A stretch of DNA of 64,000 nt from Myxococcota bacterium (GCA_041687695.1 JAWLBL010000013.1:146874-210873); one strand, 5' to 3'; positions 16,655-28,042 are shown, counted from the stretch's first letter. Program-made: numbers and translations. Notes: a model not told the origin generated them from the letters alone.

Positions 16655-18538
16655 ATGAGCTGGAGGACGGCGAGCGGGTGGGTCGCGGCGATGTGGGCGG
16701 CCTGCGCCGTCGGCCTGGGGGCCGCGGGGTGCGGAGACGACGAGCCGGGCGGCGCCGCGGACGCGGATGTCGTGGCGCCGAAGGCCGACGCCGCCGACGA
16801 CGTGGGTGGCGAGGCCGACGCGGCGGACGAGGTGGCCGAGGACGCGGTCGAGCCCGACGCCGAGCCCGCGTGCGCCGAGGGGACGCCCTGCGACGACGGC
16901 GACCCGTGCACGACCGACGACGCGTGCGACGCGGCCGGGCAGTGCGTCGGCGGCGGCGCGACGTGCGACGACGGCCTGGCGTGTACGGCGGACACGTGCG
17001 ACCAGGGCGCGTGCGAGCACACGCTGGTCGCCGGCTTCTGCCTGACCGAGGGCGAGGCGCCCAGCTGCGTGGCCCACAACGGCAAGGACACGGCCGGGTG
17101 CCGGCTGTGCGACGCCGAGGCGCAGGGCGGGCCCAAGTGGAAGAACGCGGCCATTGGCGCCCTGTGCGACGACGGCGACGCCTGCACGGCCGACGACCGC
17201 TGCGAGATCGGGGTGTGCGTCGGCAAGACGGCGGTGACGTGCGCCCCCAGCACCGCGTGTATGCAGGTGGCGTGCGAGCCGGCGGTGGGCTGCGTCGAGA
17301 CGCCCATCGTCGCGGCCTGCGACGACCTGGACGCGTGCACGGCGGACGACGAGTGCAAGGACGGCGTGTGCGTGGGCAAGCCCATCACGTGCGACGACGC
17401 CAACCCGTGCACGGTCGACAGCTGCGACGTGTTCGAGGGCTGCGTCTACGACCCGAGCAGCCAGTGCGACGACGGCGACCCGTGCACCGAGGACGCGTGC
17501 CTGGTGGACGGCAGCTGCGTGAACACGCCGTTCGACGGGCCGTGCGAGGACGGCGACCTGTGCACGACCGGCGAGCAGTGCGCCGAGGGGACGTGCGCCG
17601 GCGGCGAGCCCGTCGTCTGTGACGACGACAACGCCTGCACGGTCGACTCGTGCGACCCGGCCAAGGGGTGCCTGCACCTGTTCGACGACGGCGGCTGCGA
17701 CGACGGGCTCGAGTGCACGACGAGCGACTTCTGCGCCTCGGGCGTGTGCCTGGGCAGCAAGACCGAGACGTGCCCCCTGTGCGCGACCCCGTCGTCGTCG
17801 ATGGCCGTCCGGGTCGCGAGCCTGCAGATCGGGGACGCCGGGCAGCCGGGCGACGGGCTGGACGTCGACGGCAAGCTCTCGACCTGCTCGCCGGCGGGCG
17901 ACTGCAGCGAGGGCATCGACAACAACCTGGGCCTGCTCGCGCCCATCGTGAACCCGTCGATGAACCAGAGCATCGCCGAGGGCGGCCTGCACTTCGTCAT
18001 CGACCTCTCCCAGGCGACCTTCGACGGCCAGCCGTTCCCCCTCGTGGTCTACGACGCCGATCTGATGCAGCCCTGGTGCGACTTCACCGCGGCGACGTGC
18101 AACTACCGCGCGCGCCAGGTCAGCTTCGACGGCGACTGCACGCCCTACTTCGCCATGGACAACGCCGTCATCGAGGCCGGGCGCCTGCGGGGCGGCGGCA
18201 AGGGGTCGGTCATCACCATGGTCATCCCGCTCAGCGGGTCCAGCTCGCTGCCGCTGACCCTGGCCGACGCGGTCATCGAGGGGGACGTCTCGACGACCCC
18301 CGACGGCACCAAGATCATCGGCCTCAACGGCGTCATCGCGGGCGCGCTGCCCAAGACGCAGCTCATCGCGGCCATCGAGGCCTTCGACGAGGATCTCCTG
18401 CCGCTCGACAAGGAGGTCGTCGTCGACCTGCTCGAGAGCATCATCGAGCCGGACATCGACGTGGACGGCGACGGTGTCTTCGAGTCGGCGAGCCTCGGCA
18501 TGTCCGTCAACACGGTGCCGGCCAACCTGGTCCCGTGA
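16655..18538 (+). CDS. secreted Cys-rich repeat lipoprotein (Myxococcus-type repeats) with unique C-terminal domain
   Basis: 627 aa. Signal AAMWAACAVGLGAAGCGDDE, acidic linker, about 10 CDDGDPCT/CDDxNACTVDSC repeats, then a roughly 250-aa non-repeat domain. Starts 38 nt after gene 2 and is probably co-transcribed. Confidence 0.8.
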   Translation: MSWRTASGWVAAMWAACAVGLGAAGCGDDEPGGAADADVVAPKADAADDVGGEADAADEVAEDAVEPDAEPACAEGTPCDDGDPCTTDDACDAAGQCVGGGATCDDGLACTADTCDQGACEHTLVAGFCLTEGEAPSCVAHNGKDTAGCRLCDAEAQGGPKWKNAAIGALCDDGDACTADDRCEIGVCVGKTAVTCAPSTACMQVACEPAVGCVETPIVAACDDLDACTADDECKDGVCVGKPITCDDANPCTVDSCDVFEGCVYDPSSQCDDGDPCTEDACLVDGSCVNTPFDGPCEDGDLCTTGEQCAEGTCAGGEPVVCDDDNACTVDSCDPAKGCLHLFDDGGCDDGLECTTSDFCASGVCLGSKTETCPLCATPSSSMAVRVASLQIGDAGQPGDGLDVDGKLSTCSPAGDCSEGIDNNLGLLAPIVNPSMNQSIAEGGLHFVIDLSQATFDGQPFPLVVYDADLMQPWCDFTAATCNYRARQVSFDGDCTPYFAMDNAVIEAGRLRGGGKGSVITMVIPLSGSSSLPLTLADAVIEGDVSTTPDGTKIIGLNGVIAGALPKTQLIAAIEAFDEDLLPLDKEVVVDLLESIIEPDIDVDGDGVFESASLGMSVNTVPANLVP

Positions 18539-18547
18539 CGTCGTCGG

Positions 18548-20383
18548 TCAGCGGATCTCGAGCACGAACGGCATCAGGGCGACGGCGCCCTCGCGGGCGA
18601 GCAGCGTCTCGACCAGGCTGACCGCGCGGGACAGGCGCTCGGCCAGGGGCGCCGGCAGGCCCACCAGCGCCGGCAGCGTGGGCGTCGCGCCGCGCAGGAG
18701 CAGCCGCGGGGCCACGAGCTGCAGCTGGTCCTCTTGCAGCAGCTCGAGGATCGAGCGCGGCTCGGGATAGGTCACCAGGCGCGCCTGGGCGCGGTCGATC
18801 TTGGCCAGCCGGGCGGCCTCGGCCACGGCCTCGTCCAGGCCCCCGAGCCCGTCGACCAGGCCCATGGCCAGCGCCTGCTGTCCGCTCCAGACGCGGCCCT
18901 GCGCGACCCGGTGGACGGCGTCATAGGACATGCGGCGCCCCTTGGCGACGCGGTTGACGAAGGTGTCGTAGGTGCGCTGCATCCACGCGCGCACGGTCGC
19001 GCGCTCGGAGTCGCTGAAGGCGTCGAGCGGCGAGAAGATGCCGGCGTGCTTGCCGCGGCTGACCACGACGGTGTTGACGCCGAGCTTTCCGAGCAGGCCG
19101 CGGAAGACCACCTTGCCGCCGAAGACGCCGATGGAGCCCGTGATGGTCGTCGGCTCGGCGAGGATCTTCTGGGCGCCGCAGGCGATGTAGTAGCCGCCCG
19201 AGGCCGCCATGTTGCCCATCGAGACGACCACCGGGCGGGACTTGCCGACGCGGCGGAGCTCCTGCCAGATGAGGTCGCTCGCCAGGGCCGAGCCGCCCGG
19301 GCTGTCGATGCGCAGGACGATGGCCTTGACCGAGGCGTCGTCCTCGATGTCGCGCAGGGTCTGCACCAGCGTCTCGGACGCGATGACCGCCTCGCTCGCG
19401 AAGGGGTCGTCGGACCCGCGCCCGGTCACGATGGGGCCCTCGGCCGTGACCAGGGCGATCTTGGCCTCCGCCGCCGGCGCCCGGTCCGGCCGGCGGGTCA
19501 GGAGCTGCAGCAGCCCCATGAAGGAGCCGACGTCGGGCAGCGGCTCGGCCTTGGGGTAGGCCAGCTCGAGCGAGCGGTGGCTGGCCTCGAGGCTCCGCTT
19601 GAGGTCCTGCCACGTCGTGAGCTGGTCGACGAGGCCGCGCTTTCGGGCCTCCTCGGCCGTGAGCAGCCCGCGGTCCATCAGCGCCGTGACCTGGGCCGGG
19701 GTCAGCCGCCGGTTCTTGGCGAGCTCGGCCACCAGGCTGTCGAACAGGCTGCCGACCAGGGCGTCGAAGGCTTCGCGCGCCGCGTCCGAGATGTCCGACC
19801 GGGTCATCGGCTCGGCGGCGCTCTTGTAGCGCCCGATGGCCTCGACGTCGGCCTGGATCCCCAGCCTGTCGAGCAGGTCCTTGTAGAAGGCCAGCTCGGC
19901 GCGGAGGCCCGTCAGCAGGATCAGCCCCTCGGGGGTGGCGTGGACCTCGTCGGCGGCCGTCGCGGCCAGCATCATCCCGTTCTCGGCCGCGTCGAGGTGC
20001 GTCACGACCCGCTTGCCGGCCGCGCGGACGCGCCGCAGCGCGTGGGTCAGCTCTTGCAGCTGCGCGAGGCCCATCTGCGTCGTGCCCAGGCGCAGGACCA
20101 CGGTGCCGACGTCGTCGCGGGCGGCGGCGTCGTCCAGGGCGGCCAGCAGCTCGGAGAAGACCAGCGTCTTGTCGAGGCCCAGGATGTCCCAGGGGTTGTT
20201 CGCCTCGGCGACGCGGCCCGAGAGCTTGAAGACGAGGGCGCGCGGCTTGGCCTGCGGCGCGGCGGCGTTCGTCAGGCCGGGCAGGTTGAACGGGAACGCG
20301 TGGGCCGCCGCGGTGGCGACGAGCACGATCAGGGCGACGGGGGCGGCGAGGAGCAGGGCGAGGGGGCGTCGGGGCTGGCGCAT
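18548..20383 (-). CDS. sppA: signal peptide peptidase SppA (protease IV, 67K type)
   Basis: 611 aa with N-terminal signal/TM and two ClpP/crotonase-fold repeats (IDSPGGSALASD...GNMAASGGYYIACGA). Canonical SppA sequence. Confidence 0.9.
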   Translation of the reverse strand: MRQPRRPLALLLAAPVALIVLVATAAAHAFPFNLPGLTNAAAPQAKPRALVFKLSGRVAEANNPWDILGLDKTLVFSELLAALDDAAARDDVGTVVLRLGTTQMGLAQLQELTHALRRVRAAGKRVVTHLDAAENGMMLAATAADEVHATPEGLILLTGLRAELAFYKDLLDRLGIQADVEAIGRYKSAAEPMTRSDISDAAREAFDALVGSLFDSLVAELAKNRRLTPAQVTALMDRGLLTAEEARKRGLVDQLTTWQDLKRSLEASHRSLELAYPKAEPLPDVGSFMGLLQLLTRRPDRAPAAEAKIALVTAEGPIVTGRGSDDPFASEAVIASETLVQTLRDIEDDASVKAIVLRIDSPGGSALASDLIWQELRRVGKSRPVVVSMGNMAASGGYYIACGAQKILAEPTTITGSIGVFGGKVVFRGLLGKLGVNTVVVSRGKHAGIFSPLDAFSDSERATVRAWMQRTYDTFVNRVAKGRRMSYDAVHRVAQGRVWSGQQALAMGLVDGLGGLDEAVAEAARLAKIDRAQARLVTYPEPRSILELLQEDQLQLVAPRLLLRGATPTLPALVGLPAPLAERLSRAVSLVETLLAREGAVALMPFVLEIR

Positions 20384-20486
20384 GGGAAGCCTTGGTCTCG
20401 GTCGTCGCGGGGCGGCCGTGGCGCCCGACGGGCACGCAGGGGCCGAGCGTCACGCCGGCCGATCGGCTGCCGGGGGAACCGTTGGT

Positions 20487-21395
20487 TCAGGGGCGGTATT
20501 CCTCGCCGTCGAGCAGAGGTCGCGCGAACGGCAAGGCGGCGAGGAGGGCGACGGCGGCCCGCCGCTCGTCCGAGGTGGGCACGCGTCCGAGCGGGCCGGC
20601 GCGACCCGCGAGGTGGAAGGGATGATAGCCCGTCATGAGGTTGACGGGGACGTTCGGGTGGTGGGCCGCCAGCCACGTCAATACGGGCTCGGTGCAGCAG
20701 GACAGGTGGCCGGGCATCAGCAGGTGGCGCACGACGAGCTGCCCCGACCGGGCGACGAGGGCGAGCAGGGGCTCGAGGGTCGCGAGGTAGTCGCGCGCGC
20801 CGGAGAGCTTGAGCGCGCAGCGGTCGCTGCCGAACTTGTGATCGACCAGCCAGGTCCCGACGACGCCGGTGAGGCGGCCGACGACCTCGGGCGTGGTCCA
20901 CAGGTTGGTGTTCCACACGACGTGGGTGTCGGGCCGGCACAGGGCCAGCGTCTCGAGGACGTACAGGAGGTTCACGTCCGGCAGGCCGCCGACGAAGTTG
21001 ACGTTGCGGGCGCCCTCGGCGCGGCGGCGCGCGATCCGGCGGGCGAGGGCGGCGGGCGGCAGCGGCGCCCCGTGGGCGAGCGGCTCGCGCACCTGGCGGT
21101 CGTCGCTGCAGAAGACGCAGCGGAAGTTGCAGCCCGTCAGGTAGACGGTGTGCGACGGCAGGAGGCACCGCTCCTCGCCGAGGTGCAGGTACTCCTTGTA
21201 GACGCGGCCGCCGACGCCGACGCCGCAGGGGCCCAGGGCGCCCGAGAGGCGGTCGACGCCGCAGCGGACGGCGCAGACGTCGCAGGCGCGGTAGCGTTCC
21301 CGGGTCCAGACCAGCGCGTCTCGCAGGCGCTGGGGATCGACGCCGACCGAGAGGTCGGGCACGGGAGAGCCTGGGGTTTCGACGGGCGCCTGCAC
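20487..21395 (-). CDS. radical SAM enzyme (PflA/NrdG-activase-like, with extra N-terminal Cys cluster)
   Basis: CNFRCVFC CxxxCxxC motif preceded by C-x2-C-x3-C-x11-C (CDVCAVRCGVDRLSGALGPCGV). GTG start at 21395. Confidence 0.8.
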   Translation of the reverse strand: MQAPVETPGSPVPDLSVGVDPQRLRDALVWTRERYRACDVCAVRCGVDRLSGALGPCGVGVGGRVYKEYLHLGEERCLLPSHTVYLTGCNFRCVFCSDDRQVREPLAHGAPLPPAALARRIARRRAEGARNVNFVGGLPDVNLLYVLETLALCRPDTHVVWNTNLWTTPEVVGRLTGVVGTWLVDHKFGSDRCALKLSGARDYLATLEPLLALVARSGQLVVRHLLMPGHLSCCTEPVLTWLAAHHPNVPVNLMTGYHPFHLAGRAGPLGRVPTSDERRAAVALLAALPFARPLLDGEEYRP

Positions 21396-21445
21396 GGCGG
21401 GTATCCTAGCGCAACTGGGCGCGCGAGGCGCGCGGGAGGCAGGCG

Positions 21446-22384
21446 ATGGGGCGACGGTGGCGGGCAGGGATCTGGGTGGGGGCGCTGAGCGCGGGCGTGG
21501 CCGGGTGCGCCACGCCGCCGCCGCCCAAGCCGCCGGTGACCCCCACGCAGCGCGTCGTCACGTTCTACAACACGACCGACGAGTGCGCCGTCGCGGCGCC
21601 GGTGACGCTTCGCACGGGCGCGGACGCTGGCGTCGTCGAGGTGCCGCCCGGCGGCGAGGCGCGCGTGACCGTCCCCACGGCGACCGACGCGTTGTCGGCG
21701 ACGTGGGCCGGGCGCCCCGATCGGGCCGTGCCGCTGCCGCGCGACGGGGACGTCGCGTTCGTGGGGTGCGCGCACCCCGTGTTTCGGCGGCCGACGCCCG
21801 GCGCCGCGCCGGTCACGCTGGTCCAGCGCGAGCACGCCTGCGACGACGGCCCCTACGGCGTCGCGACCTGGCGTCTCGAGGACGCGCCCGTGGCCGTGAC
21901 GCGGCCGGGCGCCTCGGTGACGCGCTGGCTGCCCCTCTCCGAGCTGGTGCTGGCCGTCGGCCTCGCGGGCCGAGCGCCCGAGGACCTCGCAGGCGTCATC
22001 GTTCCGCCCGCGGCGGACGCCGACGAGCCGCGCCGGGTCGTCCTGGGCTGCGACGACAGCCCGCGCGCCGGGGGGCGCTTGCTGCCGCTGACCGTGTGGG
22101 CCACCGCCGAGGGCTGCGAGCGTCCGGCGCCGGTGGGCGTGGTGCTGGCCGGCCGTCGCCTGCGCATCGAGCCGGGCGCCGCCTTCACGGTCTCGCTGCC
22201 GGCGGGGCGCCACCTCGTGACACCGTTCGATCCCGAAAGCGGCGCCACGGCGGACGAGCCGGTGGCCGTCGAGCTGACCGACCGCGGGGCCGTCCTCACG
22301 CGGTCCGCCTGCGGCTCCGCCGCGCGCGAGGTCGACGCGCCGGACGCCGTCGGCGACCTTGTCCCGAGCGGCGACGTGCGTTAG
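21446..22384 (+). CDS. hypothetical lipoprotein
   Basis: 312-aa ORF with lipoprotein signal (ALSAGVAGCATPPPPKPP) and coding-like GC3 bias. No recognisable domain. Divergent from the radical SAM gene. Confidence 0.5.
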   Translation: MGRRWRAGIWVGALSAGVAGCATPPPPKPPVTPTQRVVTFYNTTDECAVAAPVTLRTGADAGVVEVPPGGEARVTVPTATDALSATWAGRPDRAVPLPRDGDVAFVGCAHPVFRRPTPGAAPVTLVQREHACDDGPYGVATWRLEDAPVAVTRPGASVTRWLPLSELVLAVGLAGRAPEDLAGVIVPPAADADEPRRVVLGCDDSPRAGGRLLPLTVWATAEGCERPAPVGVVLAGRRLRIEPGAAFTVSLPAGRHLVTPFDPESGATADEPVAVELTDRGAVLTRSACGSAAREVDAPDAVGDLVPSGDVR

Positions 22385-22423
22385 CGTCCCGCGCTTCCAA
22401 ACCCGGAGCGAGCGGAGCGAGCC

Positions 22424-23922
<1,499 letters not shown>

Positions 23923-23926
<4 letters not shown>

Positions 23927-24672
23927 AGGTCCTGGTCGCCGGCTTCGACGAGGCGGCGACCGAGCGGCTGTCCGTGGCGCTGCGGGCCGCCGGGCACCAC
24001 GTCGTCGGCGTGACCGGCCGCGAGAGCTGCCGGGCGCTGGTGCGCGCCGTGGGGCCCGACCGGGTCCTGGCGCCGGCGGGCGACGGCGAGGTCCTGGTGG
24101 CCGAGTGGCTGGCCGACCTGGACGCGGTGCCGCCGCTGGTGGCGCTGGCGCCCGGCGAGCCGCCGGAGACGGCCCTGGCGCCCCCGCGCGTCACGACCGG
24201 CCGCGTCACCCCGATGGCGCCGGAGCCGGCGCCGCGCCCCGCGCCGGCAGCGCGCCCTGCGCCCGCGCCGCCCGCCGTCCCCTCGGCGCCGCCGCGGCCA
24301 CCCGATCCGCCGCCTCGTGCCCTCGAGCCCGAGCCATGGCTGAACGACGCGCCCCCGGCCCCGCAGCCCGGCCAGCCGAACATCGCCTCCAAGCTTGCTC
24401 AGGTCCGCTTCGGTGACTACCACTCAGTCCTCGAGACGACCGCAGCCGCCTCCGCGTGGGAGGTCCGCGAGCAGTTCGTCCACCTGGCGCGGCTGTACAG
24501 CCCGGCGGGCTGGCCGAGTCGGCTGAGCCCGGAAGACATTGACATGCTGGTCGAAATCGGTCGCGGGCTCCGGGACGCCTACGGTATCTTGGGCGACCCC
24601 GAGCTCAGGACCCGTTACGAGCGCGCCCTCACCGAGGCCAGCGCGCCCGGCCTCGAGCCCCTGCGACGCTGA
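23923..24672 (+). CDS. pseudo-receiver / Pro-rich linker / degenerate J-domain protein
   Basis: GTG at 23923 overlaps the cysS TGA (GTGA). The real gene is the 3' part of a 1071-aa mixed-frame ORF. N-terminal CheY-like fold (KVLVAGFDEAATERL...) with no obvious phospho-acceptor Asp. C-terminal J-like domain DYHSVLETTAAAS...LARLYSP in which HPD is replaced by SPA. Confidence 0.55.
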
Positions 24673-24696
24673 CGCCGGCCAGCACAGAGAGAATCC

Positions 24697-25248
24697 ATGG
24701 CACGCCTCCCCCTGGTCTACTATCCCGACGTCGTCCTCAAGACGCGCTGCAGCGACATCACCGAGATCGACCAGGAGCTCGTGGACCTCGTCAAAGACAT
24801 GGGCGAGACCATGTACCTGTCGCACGGCATCGGCCTTGCCGCGCCGCAGGTCGCCAAGAACATCCGGCTCGTCACGGTCGACGTCGAGCCCGACCGCGGC
24901 GGGGCGACGCTGATGCACCTCATCAACCCGGTCATCGCCGACAGCCACGGAAAGACGACCTACCAGGAAGGCTGCCTGTCGTTCCCCGGCATCTCGGCCG
25001 AGGTCCGGCGCAAGGACAAGATCCACGTCAAGGCCTACGACGTGAACGGCCGCGAGCTCGACTTCGAGGCCGACGGCCTGCTCTCCATCTGCATCCAGCA
25101 CGAGCTCGACCACCTCAACGGCGTGACCTTCGTCGACCGCCTCAACCCGGTGCAGAAGAAGCTCGTCCTGCGCGACTACCTGCGCATGCGCGAGGACGAC
25201 CGCGAGGACGACACGCTCGAGGCCATCCGCTCGGTGCACCAGAAGTAG
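24697..25248 (+). CDS. def: peptide deformylase
   Basis: GIGLAAPQV, EGCLSFPG and QHELDHL motifs. Confidence 0.95.
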   Translation: MARLPLVYYPDVVLKTRCSDITEIDQELVDLVKDMGETMYLSHGIGLAAPQVAKNIRLVTVDVEPDRGGATLMHLINPVIADSHGKTTYQEGCLSFPGISAEVRRKDKIHVKAYDVNGRELDFEADGLLSICIQHELDHLNGVTFVDRLNPVQKKLVLRDYLRMREDDREDDTLEAIRSVHQK

Positions 25249-25257
25249 GAGCACTTC

Positions 25258-26205
25258 GTGCGCATCGTGTTCATGGGCACGCCCGAGTTCGCGGCCGTGT
25301 CGCTGCGCGCGCTGCTCGGCTCCCACCACACCGTCGCCGGCGTCGTCTCGCAGCCGGACCGCCCCGCCGGCCGCGGCAACGCCATGAAGCCTCCCGAGGT
25401 CGCGGTGGTGGCCCGCGAGCACGGCCTGCCGCTCATCCAGCCCGAGGCCGTGCGCACCCGCGAGTTCCGCGCCTGGCTCCGCGCCCGCGAACCCGAGATA
25501 GGCGTCGTGGCGGCCTTCGGGCACGTCCTCGGCCCCAAGGTCCTGGGCCTGCCGCCGCGCGGCTGCCTGAACGTGCACGCCAGCCTGTTGCCGCGCTGGC
25601 GCGGCGCGGCCCCCATCCAGGCGGCGCTGCTCGCGGGCGACCCCGAGTCGGGAGTGTGCATCATGCGCATGGAGCCCGGGCTCGACACCGGCCCCGTGCT
25701 CCATCGCCTCGCCACGCCCATCACCGACCAGGACACCGCCGAGACCCTGCACGACCGCCTGGCCGCCCTCGGCGCCCGGGCGCTGCTCGAGGCCCTCGAC
25801 CGCCTCGAGGCCGGCCCCGTCCCGGCCGAGGCGCAGCCGGCCGAGGGCGTCACCTGGGCGTCGCCGCTGCGCCGCGACGACGCGGACCTCGACTTCACCC
25901 AGCCCGCCGAGGCCCTGGCGCGGCGCGTGCGCGGCCTGCACCCGTGGCCCGGCACGCGCGCCCGGCTCGGCGGCCAGAGCGTCAAGGTCTTCCCGCCGGT
26001 CGCGGCCCTGCCGCCCGACGAAGCCACGGCCGGCGCGTCCCCCGGGACCGTGGTCGCGGCCGGCCCCGACGGCGTGGACGTCGCGACCGGTGACGGCGGC
26101 CGCCTGCGGCTGATGCGCCTGCAGGCCCCCGGCCGCAAGCCGCTCGACGCGGGCCCGTTCCTGGCCGGCCATCCGCTCCCCCCAGGCACCCGGTTCGACC
26201 CATGA
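25258..26205 (+). CDS. fmt: methionyl-tRNA formyltransferase
   Basis: GTG start. VFMGTPEFA...SLLPRWRGAAPIQ is canonical Fmt. Follows def. Confidence 0.95.
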   Translation: MRIVFMGTPEFAAVSLRALLGSHHTVAGVVSQPDRPAGRGNAMKPPEVAVVAREHGLPLIQPEAVRTREFRAWLRAREPEIGVVAAFGHVLGPKVLGLPPRGCLNVHASLLPRWRGAAPIQAALLAGDPESGVCIMRMEPGLDTGPVLHRLATPITDQDTAETLHDRLAALGARALLEALDRLEAGPVPAEAQPAEGVTWASPLRRDDADLDFTQPAEALARRVRGLHPWPGTRARLGGQSVKVFPPVAALPPDEATAGASPGTVVAAGPDGVDVATGDGGRLRLMRLQAPGRKPLDAGPFLAGHPLPPGTRFDP

Positions 26206-27164
26206 ACGCACATCGCACGACCGCGCGCGCCGTCCGGGCCCGCTCGCCCTGGGCGGGCGTGGTGGCCGCGCTGCTCGCCGTGGCCTGTGGCACCGACCCG
26301 GTCGGTGGCGGCGAGCGCGCCCTCGAGGAAGCGCTCGCGACGAGCCGCGGCGAGGTGTCCCCCGAGGCGAGGGTCTGGGGCGCCGAGCCGCCGCCCCTGG
26401 CCGGCGCCAGCCCGCACCGCATGACCGTCGAGGCCAGCTTCTCGCTGCGCGTGGGCGACAAGGAGACGCAGACCGTCACCATCGCGCGGCGCATCGATCG
26501 CCGCGGCGACGCCTTCCGCATCGACGAGCGCCACGCCCTCGCGCACCCGCAGCTGACCGACGGCGAGTACGAGGACGGGCGCGAGGCCGTGTTCGACGGT
26601 CGCCGCTTCGCCACCCGGCGCAAGTGGAGCCCCTGGATCGAGCGGGACACGCTGTACGGCGGCCACGCGACCGCCATCCGCGAGGCCTACGGGCTGGCCG
26701 AGCCCGTCCTGACGGCCTACGAGCCGTGGCTGAGGTGGGTCCCGGTCGCGGGCGAGCCCGAGCTGGCCGGCCTGCCGGTCCGTTGGTCGTCGGCCCAGCT
26801 GGACCCCGGCGGCGCCCCGCCCAGCGCCACGCCGGCCGCGCTCGCCGCCCAACGCGACAACCAGCGCGCCTGGCCGCAGTGGCTCGGCGCGACGCACCGG
26901 CCCCAGCGCGTCGTGGGCAGCGTGGCCCACCGGGTCGGGTCCAGCGAGGTGGTCGCCCTCGAGCTGAAGATCGAAGGCACGGCCACGGTCGAGGGCAAGC
27001 AGGCGCCGTTCACGCTGACCCTGACCATGAAGCCCGAGGCGCTGCCCGAGGACGCCGATCTGGCGCTGCCTGACGAGGTGCTGCCGGCGCGCCGTCCGCG
27101 CCCGTGGCAGATGGTCGAGGAGGTCCTGGGCGACGCGCTGAACCCGATCTACGTCCGCAAGTAG
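26202..27164 (+). CDS. hypothetical lipoprotein (ATGA-coupled to fmt)
   Basis: 320 aa. Signal VVAALLAVACGTDP. Its ATG overlaps the fmt stop codon. No known domain. Confidence 0.55.
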   Translation: MNAHRTTARAVRARSPWAGVVAALLAVACGTDPVGGGERALEEALATSRGEVSPEARVWGAEPPPLAGASPHRMTVEASFSLRVGDKETQTVTIARRIDRRGDAFRIDERHALAHPQLTDGEYEDGREAVFDGRRFATRRKWSPWIERDTLYGGHATAIREAYGLAEPVLTAYEPWLRWVPVAGEPELAGLPVRWSSAQLDPGGAPPSATPAALAAQRDNQRAWPQWLGATHRPQRVVGSVAHRVGSSEVVALELKIEGTATVEGKQAPFTLTLTMKPEALPEDADLALPDEVLPARRPRPWQMVEEVLGDALNPIYVRK

Positions 27165-27180
27165 GCGGCCGGCGCCAAGT

Positions 27181-27975
27181 TCAGAGGCGAACGGCGCCCG
27201 TGAGCCCGACGTAGGGCACGTTGCGCAGACCCACATCCAGGCGCAGGACACCTTCGGCGCCCAGCTCGACCTGCAGGCCGCTGAACAGGTGCAGCACCGG
27301 CAACACACGGGGGACCTCTGCGTCGTCGTAGGTGACCTGGCGCCAGTGGGGGCAGGTCGCGACCGGCTCCTCGCAGGTGGGCAGGACCTCGGCCGTCCGG
27401 GCGGGGCCGATGAGCGCGGCGAGGCCGAGGCCGGCGCCGTAATGCAACGCGAAGGTGCCGGAGCCGAAGGGCACGAAGCCGCGGTAGGCGACGTCGACCG
27501 ACAGGATGTCGAGATCGATCTCGGCGTAGGTCGCCCCGAAGGTGGGCGTCCCGGTCAGCCGCCAGTTGCCGTCGGGGAAGGAAAGGCGCATCCAGTCGAC
27601 CTCGACGGCGATCTGGTAGTCCAGCCGCCGGCCGGTCACGAAGGTGACGCCGGCCGCGACGCCGTCGACCGACGGGTGGTCGGTGTAGAAGGCGCTCAGG
27701 ATGGCGTCGGGGATGCTGACGAAGCGGCTGTAGACGCCCATCAGCGACTCGCGCGGGGCCTCGGGGCCCGGCTCGGGTTCGGGATCCGGGGCGCGGCGCG
27801 TGACCGTCGGCGCCGGGCCGAGCGCGCCCGGCTCGGGGTGCAGGCGCGAGGCGCCGCCGCGCTCGTCGAGGATGGGGAGCGGGTCGGCCGGCTGGGCGCG
27901 CGCGCCGTCGCTCGGGGCGACCGTCAGCGTCAGGGCGGCGAACAGGACGCGCGCGATGGGGCAGGGGTGGCGCAT
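27181..27975 (-). CDS. hypothetical secreted/outer-membrane-associated protein
   Basis: 264 aa with N-terminal signal (ARVLFAALTLTVAPSDGARAQP). Gly/aromatic-rich beta-strand-like C-terminal half ending in aromatic-rich strands. No family recognised. Confidence 0.45.
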   Translation of the reverse strand: MRHPCPIARVLFAALTLTVAPSDGARAQPADPLPILDERGGASRLHPEPGALGPAPTVTRRAPDPEPEPGPEAPRESLMGVYSRFVSIPDAILSAFYTDHPSVDGVAAGVTFVTGRRLDYQIAVEVDWMRLSFPDGNWRLTGTPTFGATYAEIDLDILSVDVAYRGFVPFGSGTFALHYGAGLGLAALIGPARTAEVLPTCEEPVATCPHWRQVTYDDAEVPRVLPVLHLFSGLQVELGAEGVLRLDVGLRNVPYVGLTGAVRL

Positions 27976-28042
27976 GAAGCGGCGCTAGCATAGGTTGGCA
28001 TGCGCCTGGCCGCAATCGGCATCGGACCCGAGGAGCCCGCCC

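Noticed and set aside
11560-17412. 1950-aa ORF on the minus strand (the longest in the window) and companion antisense ORFs (8128..11034, 8448..10061, 15950..17992)
   Set aside because: They lie opposite the Cys-rich repeat lipoprotein genes, which have signal peptides, RBSs and recognisable repeat families. The antisense translations are Ala/Arg/Val low-complexity with no motifs. Stop codons are simply rare in these frames.
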